Source: Asterias rubens
Taxonomy: Eukaryota
Length of the DNA stretch: 64,000 nucleotides
Direction: 5' to 3'
NCBI RefSeq assembly: GCF_902459465.1
Contig: NC_047070.1
Span: 16,306,001-16,370,000 of the forward strand
Both the position numbers and the translations under genes were made by a program. The notes beneath the pieces are model-generated. The model ran no database searches. It was given only the letters and a program-made list of their open reading frames with translations, and was not told the DNA's origin. Positions 50,799 to 64,000 of this stretch are shown here, piece after piece (position 1 is the stretch's first letter; the number at the start of each line of letters is the position of its first letter).

Positions 50799-51030
50799 TT
50801 AAAGGTACTGGACACCTTAAGTAGTGGTCAACGACCAGTATCCCAACATTTGCGTAAAATAACAAATTTATGAAAAATAGGACTCCATAGGTCATCGAAG
50901 TTGCAAGAGCATGATGAAAGAAAAAAACATCATTGTTGCACAAATTTGTGAACTTTCAGATGCATAATAAAAGACTTAAGGCGTTAAGCCTGAATATGAA
51001 TTGAGTGACTTAAGTGGCCAGTACCTTTAA
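50799..51030. mobile_element. Kolobok-like MITE about 230 bp upstream of the actin CArG box
   Basis: TTAAAGGTACTGGACAC ... GTGGCCAGTACCTTTAA; further partial copies at 40630-40830, 47112-47182, 49970-50400 and 58015-58277 (actin intron 4). Confidence 0.7.
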
Positions 51031-51257
51031 CAACAGTATAAGATGACATCTTGCGATCTTATCGTAATTATTATGACTGTAAGGTCAAAACGTCAATTTA
51101 GGTCCATCGGCTAAATGTCTTACGAGGTAGGAGTTTCCCCGAGCGGGTAAGGTATACAACATGAGCCGGTGACTGAACGACATTCCACGGCCCACCACTA
51201 CCAGGCCGGCACGCTGCTCATTATCATCAGCCTCCGTCGTGCGATGAGTCCGCAGTG

Positions 51258-51617
51258 CCTTATTTGGCAGGGGTGGCCCTAGCCACTAGACACGCTACCT
51301 AACATAGTGAAGTTCGCTCTCCATCACACCAGTCTCGGTCGGACTTCTCAGGAGGAAAATACAAAAATGGGCGTCAGAGTGCGACTCAATTTGCATATTC
51401 ATAACCTTCTATCCTAACAACCAATCGGAATGACTATACGCAAATTAGTGAATATTATTCTACTGAACACGGTCGGCTTTCTTACCTTATAAAGTTATCC
51501 AGGGTGCTTTCTATAAAATAATATTGGAAGTTCTTGATAGTATAAATAGAGGAGAGGATGAGATGTTGGAATCACTCCTACCACGGATACCCAGTAAAGA
51601 GCTGTCTGCTTCACTTG
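51258..51617 (+). promoter_or_regulatory. Actin promoter and non-coding exon 1: CArG box CCTTATTTGG (51258-51267), CCAAT (51421), CArG-like CCTTATAAAG (51485-51494), TATA box TATAAATAG (51541), exon ending 51617 with GTAAGT donor; acceptor at 54824
   Basis: Perfect CC(A/T)6GG, CCAAT and TATA in the usual order upstream of a strong donor; polypyrimidine-CAG acceptor 40 nt before the actin ATG. SRF/CArG control of actin genes is established knowledge; the use of these sites is inference. Confidence 0.7.
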
Positions 51618-52300
51618 GTAAGTCTGACAAATATTGTTTCATCTTTTTATTCTGAAAGCACTTAGGTTTTGAGTTAAGACCAATCTTTCGTAGATTTAGT
51701 GTAAATGGCTGCTGAGTTTCCAGCTGGTCTGGGAAAACAGCAAGTGCATAGACTACATGTACTCTGTAGTACTATTTTAACCATCCGGTATTTCAATGGC
51801 GAATCTGACGGTAATCATTGATGCGTTTATAGCTGAATATAGTGCGGTGGAAACTTGTACACATTTATTTGTCTTTTCAAGTGTATGTCTTACAAGAATT
51901 CGAATTCAATCAAATTGATTTTATGGTCGTACTTAAAAGAAGCCAGCTTTCAACTCACGATCTAAGATCAACACATAGAAATCGTTCTCATAATATGATG
52001 GTTCAATTTTTAACTGTGTGACTTGTTGTCTATTAATTCTACTGACTGATCAAGAATTGTTCAATTTTGGTTTTTAATGCTGGCTAAAAGAAATACCAAT
52101 TGCTAACTTATGTATTGGGTACTTTAGATAAGCAGTGAATACGTATGCTTAGTGTATAAAGACAGACTTGTTGAACGATTATGTATGCCTGCATGTACAT
52201 CATAATTCATAGCAGTTATGCCTTCTAGTTGTTTTGAAATGGAATCATTGCCAATGAGTTCAATTCATGGCCTGGCATGCTCATCTTAATCAAAAGTTCA

Positions 52301-52490
52301 GATGCATCTCTATATTCACAACGATACATGCGACAGAGTTTGAAGATTCCTATTTTCACAACGGTACATGTGACAGATTGGATGCTCACAACGCTACATG
52401 TGGCAGCGTTAAGACGCATTCCTATTTTCACATCACTACATGATGCGACCGAGTTTGATGCATCTCTACTTTCCCACAATACATGCGGTA
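52301..52490. repeat. Old diverged tandem repeat, about 5 units of 32-44 bp
   Basis: Recurring GATGCAT/ATTCCTATTTTCACAACG.TACATG.GACAG units. Confidence 0.65.
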
Positions 52491-52759
52491 GAGTCATACT
52501 TGTATATTTGTGTTAGCATGCAATCAGCGTAAATGATGAAGTCAAGGTTTTTAGGTTTAGAAATCCTCAATGCGTACAAAGCTCATCGCGAACGAGTCTG
52601 AGCTCGGCTCGGCTAATTGAAAGTGTCAAGGGTGTTGAACTGAATGAGAAACACACCATGGACGATAGCATGCACTCATTAGTAACTATGAATTATTGAA
52701 TCCTGGTAGATTAATCTTCCATCAGTACGAACATTCTAAGATCACCCAAAATAGTCGGT

Positions 52760-53484
52760 GACAAGGAAGTTAAAGATAGCAATGGTAAACGGTGAACTGT
52801 GTACATACTGGTCCATAGATACACACAATTTGACAAGGAAGTTAAAGCTAGCAATGGTAAACGGTGAACTGTGTACATACTGGTCCATAGATACACACAA
52901 TTTGACAAGGAAGTTAAAGCTAGCAATGGTAAACGGTCAACTGTGTACATACTGGTCCATAGATACACACAATTTGACAAGGAAGTTAAAGCTAGCAATG
53001 GTAAACGGTCAACTGTGTACATACTGGTCCATAGATACACACAATTTGACAAGGAAGTTAAAGCTAGCAATGGTAAACGGTGAACTGTGTACATACTGGT
53101 CCATAGATACACACAATTTGACAAGGAAGTTAAAGCTAGCAATGGTAAACGGTGAACTGTGTACATACTGGTCCATAGATACACACAATTTGACAAGGAA
53201 GTTAAAGCTAGCAATGGTAAACGGTGAACTGTGTACATACTGGTCCATAGATACACACAATTTGACAAGGAAGTTAAAGCTAGCAATGGTAAACGGTCAA
53301 CTGTGTACATACTGGTCCATAGATACACACAATTTGACAAGGAAGTTAAAGCTAGCAATGGTAAACGGTCAACTGTGTACATACTGGTCCATAGATACAC
53401 ACAATTTGACAAGGAAGTTAAAGCTAGCAATGGTAAACGGTGAACTGTGTACATACTGGTCCATAGATACACACAATTTGACAA
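52760..53484. repeat. 72-bp minisatellite, 10 copies, in actin intron 1
   Basis: Unit GACAAGGAAGTTAAAGCTAGCAATGGTAAACGGT(G/C)AACTGTGTACATACTGGTCCATAGATACACACAATTT starting 52760, 52832 ... 53408, then GACAA. Confidence 0.97.
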
Positions 53485-54855
53485 CTAAAAAAAAACACGT
53501 CAGAAAACGTGAATGTTTTTGGTTATTTTCTTTTTAAAAACATGATGATGAATTTCTAATCGACGAAGAACAATAGTGAAATAAAAAGAAAATTTGACTG
53601 CTAGCTTTGAAAAGAACTGTCAAACGTTATTTTGATACATGTTTCTTACGCAATAAATTCAACCTGCTTTGAAATTAACAGTTGGATCAGAATAGCAATG
53701 ATAACTTTCCTTGAATAATATAATCATGAGGTCGAAATGTCAATATATCAAACTTATCTTGAAAAGTAAGTGCAGTAATTCCAATGGCATATTTTGCGTT
53801 CCTGTCGTGACCTGAAGGAATGCTTGATTGACGTCTGGAAAAATGAACAAATGGGTTTGAAATTTACCCGCAACTGAACATTTTGGATCATTCTTTGACA
53901 CACTACGGTTGGGAAATCGACGGCTTTCGGTATTTTTCCTACCGGTTTATAAACCTCACCTCATGGTTAAGTTTTCATTTTTTGCTTCAAGTTTTCATTT
54001 TCAGTTACAAACAAATGCATTTTACAATGAGACAAAAGAACGTCATTCCTACTCAGTTGCTTCTGCAGTATTTTAAGACGCCATTTTGAGACGGAGAAAG
54101 GGTGCATCAATCACTGTTTGCATAAACAGCCCATGTTGTAATGAGAATTCCGAACGACGCGTCTTATTAGGAAATCCAGACGCTGAAACCTTCAACCAAT
54201 CACGAGAACCGTTATGTCGTTAAGGCCAACGGACCAATTAGAGAGCTCGATCTTCTGGTATTTTGACCGCATTCGTCTCCACTCCAAACAAGGTCATGGC
54301 GACTATACATGCGCTGAGTGTGGAATGCAACCGACTATGTGGAAGTGTGTGTGACACATTACACTTCTTATTTGTAATGGTTTAGACATGCAAATGTGAT
54401 AAAGGCCAAACATGTTTGGGGAAATAGTGGATCTGGTATAAGTGGGATTTATATTCGGTGGTGCTCATTCAATCTCAGGGGTCGCGACTTGGTGCTGTTA
54501 CGTTTGTTCATTTTCGGCCAATCAGTATAAATACAAAGTTTTTGGATTACGATTACAGTTGGCACAATTTCGCGGTATTTATTTTGTTCGTTTGAGAATT
54601 GGATTTAAACCATTTCCATCAATTTTAGGGAGAATGACAAAGAGTGTGTACATTTTAGAGAAACTTTCAAACTTTCGTGGCGAAAACTTTCTCAACCGAA
54701 GCATTTTCCCTTTAGCTCTATGAAAGTCACAGTGATGCTCATCCCCATGCAGCTTAAACGGACATGAATTTCTCAACAAACTTCTCAATTTGATGTATTT
54801 TGTTTTCTGTCACTCCTTTTGCAGGATTTGTTTGACGTGAACGGAACCAGACTAA

Positions 54856-59276
<4,421 letters not shown>

Positions 59277-60659
59277 ATTATTCGCCGGAAAAAATCAGAC
59301 TGTATTTTTTTTCCTTCAATTATTGCATTTTTTTGTTGGTTTCATCACAAGCGTTGACATCATGGAAGAAGCCGAATGAGTTCGCCATGGATTATTATTA
59401 TTAAGATATTATTTATTTGTTCTCAAATTCTACTACTAAAATATTTCAAAACAGTGCAATTGTGGTCAAACTGAATGAAGTTGTCACAGCAGGCCAACCA
59501 TGTGCAAAAAGGAGAAGAGGAAACAAAAAAACTACGATACTCTCAGCCTTGAGTCATTCAAACTGAAATTATCCCTTTTTTTGGAGACGCCGTTTTTTAT
59601 TTTTAGGTCTTTGTTTTGCAAAAGAAAATTAAGAACGGGCTTCGGTCTAATGAGAGAAGTTAATTCACTGATTGTCTTGAGTGTTTTTGATGGATTGGTC
59701 GTGAAATAAAAAAGCACGACGTAAGATCAAGCGAGCAAACTAAGATGCATACTTTTTTTTTCATTTTGCGAACCCGATAAAACAGCTTCAAAAACAACAA
59801 CAATAAAATCTCGAAAATCCAACTAGAAAAAAAATAAAGATAGAGCTAGATTTATTGATAGAAATAGAGACAATGTAAGAGCGAAAGCTGAATGGGCTGG
59901 AAGATCTATAATTTATTCAAAGCAGATACATTTTGTATTCTGGTCCATGCGACTGACGATAGAGGGCGGGACACAAGTTGCAATATCATGAACTGTAGCG
60001 ATATAGTGATCAAATGTAGCTTTTGTCACAAAACAAAAACGAAGTTTAACATTGAAATGTTTTAATTAAAAAGTGAATTTTGACAATTCGATGACCGCTG
60101 TTTGAATGAACCATTCAGTGCCATCAGATTGGTTACGGTGGAGAAAATAAAACAAGGTATTTTGTAGTTTAAAATTGATGTTTTTGTTGCATTTTCTTTG
60201 TCTTCTTCAAGTTTGAGCGAAGTCGACCATTGGGCAACTTTGCCTGGTAACCATGATGTATTGAATGCATAGGTGTTATCATGGAATATTGACTAGTGGT
60301 TGGCAAATGGTTGCCGCTCAAACTTGCCCCTTGGTTGAACCAGTCTTTTCATTCAAGCGTTGTTAAACGGATAGTATGGTCGGGTTCCTCGTGTTCACAG
60401 TGACATTGGTGGTTCTACTTCACAACATCTTGAAAGGGCCCAACTTGTATAATCTCAACTGTAAACTAGTGAAAATTTCACTCTCTTATTCGAGTGGTGT
60501 AAGTTTCGCTCTTTTGAGAAGGTAAATCAATCTGTGTCACTCTTTTTGAGCGAAATTGGAAAGAGCTTCACTCTTGATCGAGATAAAAGCACCCGCCTTT
60601 CACTCTAAAACCGAGTGGACAAAACGAGTGGTTTTCACTCTTTTGCATTGAGAGAGTAG

Positions 60660-60830
60660 GGGTGAATTTCACAAAGGTAATCCTAACTTAGGACTAGTCC
60701 TAGGCAATGCTAAGAGATAGGACTGGTCCAAAGTTAGGACCAGTAACTCATCCTAACTAAGGACTGGTCCTATCTCTTAGCATTGCCTAGGACTAGTCCT
60801 AAGTTATGACTACCTTTGTGAAATCCACCC
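60660..60830. mobile_element. Fold-back (hairpin) MITE
   Basis: About 70-bp inverted arms (GGGTGAATTTCACAAAGGT...GGACTGGTCC) with 5 mismatches and about 30-bp spacer; related termini at 8968-9125 and 26298. Confidence 0.7.
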
Positions 60831-62390
60831 TTGGTCTTCTACATAGACCCTTCGCGAAACGACCGACTTCGGCATTGGATCCAGTCTTCTTTGCCATTTC
60901 CAAGCACAATACGAAACGCCCGGCTCCGGCTTCGGCTTCCACAGTCGAGTTGTCCCATCCAAACATTTGATTTCTCTCTCTGGCAAGTTGTCCCAGCATC
61001 AACACTCGATTTATCTAAACCGTTGTGATGTGTGATAGTCCAGTTGTCCGATGGACGAGTTGTCTGAACTCGACGGATCGGTTAACTCGACGGTTAAGAC
61101 AACTCGACTTTGAGACAACTAATCTTTGAGACAACTCAACGGATGGCTAAGACTTACATGTGGAGATCAGCAAAAGTTGGAAAGAGACACTTGGCTAGTG
61201 TATAAAACCATAAACAAGTGGGAAAGCTAATTTGTGCAGTACTTCCACCGATTACCGCTGGTGTCCACGATTTTCGCCCAGGTTTGTGTTGAGGGGGGGG
61301 GGGCATGAACCGGGAAAAACCCAAGTTTTACATATAGAGAGATAACGAATACGGCTAAAGCAAAGAAAATTGTCAAGCAGTCATTTCTGCTCAAATTAGC
61401 CCTGGTTTGTGGGGAAGGGAGCAGAAGGGAAAACTAAACCAAAAGATTAATTAGTTATATATAGAGAGATAACAAAGACACCGTTGGTCCATTCATGGAT
61501 GGACACGGATGATTGCCTTGGAAATTACTACAACTCGGGTTCTTTTGTGTCTGAGTCTATACAAAATTCATGCAAGTATGACTCCGTACTAATAGCAAGT
61601 AATTTGTGAAAGAACATTGAACCATGGAGAAAGGAATTGAACCATCGCTCGTTCAAACCTAATGTGTCTACAATATGCAGAACATTCGGCAGTGTCGCTG
61701 GGTACGTTGCACTTTATATCAAAAAGAGAAGGGTTCACATCGGTGTTCCTGGTTTGATTATCAGCATATTGCACCACAGCACTTGTATAAACTGTATAAA
61801 CCATTACATGGTGCTTGAAAGGAAAAGGCCCCATACTTCAAATCGTATAGCTCCACATACATTGAGGGAAAACTACCGTGACTGTGACTCGAACCCACAC
61901 TCTGCTGGAAAAAAACAACCCACCAGAGAGTATGATAAAGCATTATACATGATCCAAGTATTATTATGATTATCATTAAAAACCAACACCGATAATGTGC
62001 AGGAAATGAAGCATCTCTATTGATCGACCATGTATGGTCCTTATTAGTGGGTCCTACTAAAAGCCGACAACACCGACAACAAGTCCAGAGCGCCGCCAAC
62101 AAGTTTTAAATACCTCAAAAATGGCAAATAAACCATAGATATATTAGAACTATGTGTTTTCTGTAATATAAACATAAATTTAATGGAACAAAATTTACGA
62201 AAAGTGTGAATTTTTAACCAGAAAAAACCCTCAACTTTCACGGAAAACGGTCGGACGCCATCTTGGCTTAAAACAGCTCAAATGAGATAATTAGAAAACA
62301 TACTTGATGAACTACAAACAGATACTGCACCGTCCGACTCAGAGGCGCACCCCCGAAGGAGACATACCACGAGTCAACGTTGAATGTGTC

Positions 62391-62710
62391 TTAAAGGCAC
62401 TGGATACTATTGGTAATGACTCACAATGATTATTAGCATAAAACATTACTTGGTAACAAGCAATGGAGAGCTATTGGTAGTATAAAACATAGTGAGAAAA
62501 GGCTCCCTCTGAAGTGACGTAGGTTTTGAGAAAGAAGTAATTTCTCACTAATTCTGAGGTCTCGAAATCAAATTCGTGGAAATACTTCTTTCTCGAAAAC
62601 TACGCCACTTTAAAGGGAGCCGTTTCTCACAATGGTTTATACTATCAACCTGTCCCCCTTACTCGTTACCAAGTAAGGTTTATGTTAACATTTATTTTGT
62701 CCACAGCCTT
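62391..62710. mobile_element. Kolobok-like MITE rearranged into a fold-back of one half
   Basis: Left half of the family (TTAAAGGCACTGG...AGTAATTTCTC) followed by the same half in reverse orientation. Confidence 0.6.
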
Positions 62711-63174
62711 TGAACTAAACATGTGTGCCGCCATCACATGTGCCGCCAATGCTACTGCACTTTGATTCTGCAATGCCCATGCGTTGCTTAGCTACCTGTG
62801 AATTCTTCCGTCTCCATTGTTCATTAATTTATATGGTCACAGGTAAAAGCTTATTCAACCATTCGTAGTTATCAGAAACCTTTTTTGGGATGCCGTAATA
62901 TTCCATAACGGAATTTTATGATGAGATGGGCTCCCTGCTTCAGTTTTGTTTTCCCCTCGGGAAAACTTGGTCTGATATAATTGTCTTCTAAACAAATAGC
63001 TTTGTGGTTTTAACGCAATTTGTGATAACGGAAATGGCATTGCTTGTTTTACATGATTTCTCCGAAATTTGACCCGAAGTATTATTCAATTTTAAACAGC
63101 TATATTTATATTCTAAGAAAAATATCATACAGGTTTGATAAAATTAAGGTATAAAGCATAAAATAAATGTATAT

Positions 63175-63605
63175 AAGGCACTGGATATTATTGGTAATAC
63201 TGCTCAAAATAATGTATAGCATAAATACTGGACACGATACATGTGTATTGGTAATTTTCAAAAGACCAGTCTTCTCACTTGGTGTATCTCAACATGTGCA
63301 CACAATAACAAACCTGTGAAAATTTGAGCTAAATAAATTGGAGATTGGTCGTCGAATGTGCGAGATAATAATGAAAGAAAAAACACCATTGTCACACGAA
63401 GTTGTGTGCTTTATTTCAAGACCTAGAGATCTAATTCTGAGGTCTCGAAATCAAATTCGTGGAAAACTATTTCTTTCTCGAAAACTACTTCAGAGGAAGC
63501 CGTTTCTCACAATGTTTATACTAACAGCTCCTCATTATTCGTTTCCAAGTACGTTTTATGCTAATAATTAGTTTGAGTAACTACCAATAGTGTACACTGC
63601 CTTTA
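63175..63605. mobile_element. Kolobok-like MITE with extra truncated terminus
   Basis: Same body as 48084-48474, ends GTGTACACTGCCTTTAA; a second terminus fragment at 63175-63230. Confidence 0.7.
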
Positions 63606-64000
63606 ATTCACATTTTAGCCCGAATCTCTGATCTCTATTATACTGTCAGGGTTTATGCAGGAGCAACATGGACAAGAGCTGCAAGACATAGACACCTAAG
63701 ACGTCGACATACATGAGGAGGGCTACATCCTACACTGGATGAACACAGCCAACAATGATGAGTTCCCATCCTGTGCCTTTGGTGCTAGTCTTTGATTGTG
63801 ATGTCATTCAATAAAAGAATGGCTCTGCATGGGTGGGTCTCAGGCCATTAACTATTTTAAGCATAGCCCTCTAAACACATGCAAAGTAGGACATTTCATC
63901 GACCTTCTTATTGACTACGATTCAATCAAAATCTATTCAATTCAGTGCATCAATGGTTCACCCAGACCATTGCACAATGGTAGAAGGATAGTGTGGGAAG

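Noticed and set aside
52711-53537. 257-aa and 259-aa ORFs on both strands; CRISPR-like look
   Set aside because: By-product of a 72-bp (multiple of 3) tandem repeat inside actin intron 1; no unique spacers, no cas genes, eukaryotic context.
63650-63815. Exon-like stretch (FMQEQHGQELQDIDT*DVDIHEEG...) followed by AATAAA
   Set aside because: In-frame stop, no recognisable homology, no upstream exons identified.

Overview
Eukaryotic (echinoderm, most likely asteriid sea star; inferred from the actin intron pattern and repeat content) AT-rich genomic window with two N gaps. Four protein-coding genes can be reconstructed by hand: a 26-coding-exon ARMH3/C10orf76 (minus, 29619->10860, 686 aa) head-to-head with an 8-coding-exon protrudin ZFYVE27 (plus, 31904->36980, about 427 aa); an intronless 734-aa glycosyltransferase with two tandem GT31 (beta-1,3-galactosyltransferase-like) domains, the first lacking the metal-binding motifs (minus, 43946->41742); and a muscle-type actin (plus, 54865->59276, 376 aa, introns at codons 41/121/150/204/267, with CArG+CCAAT+TATA promoter and a non-coding first exon). 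A further spliced minus-strand transcript with a 58-codon micro-ORF probably starts near 4.0-4.1 kb. The rest is densely filled with non-autonomous DNA transposons (hAT, Kolobok-like, Harbinger-like, CACTA/EnSpm-like), tRNA-derived SINEs, L2 LINE 3' ends, Penelope-like termini carrying minimal hammerhead-ribozyme motifs, microsatellites and a 72-bp x10 minisatellite with higher-order structure in actin intron 1. No rRNA, functional tRNA or CRISPR. All calls are from manual reading; no database search was run.
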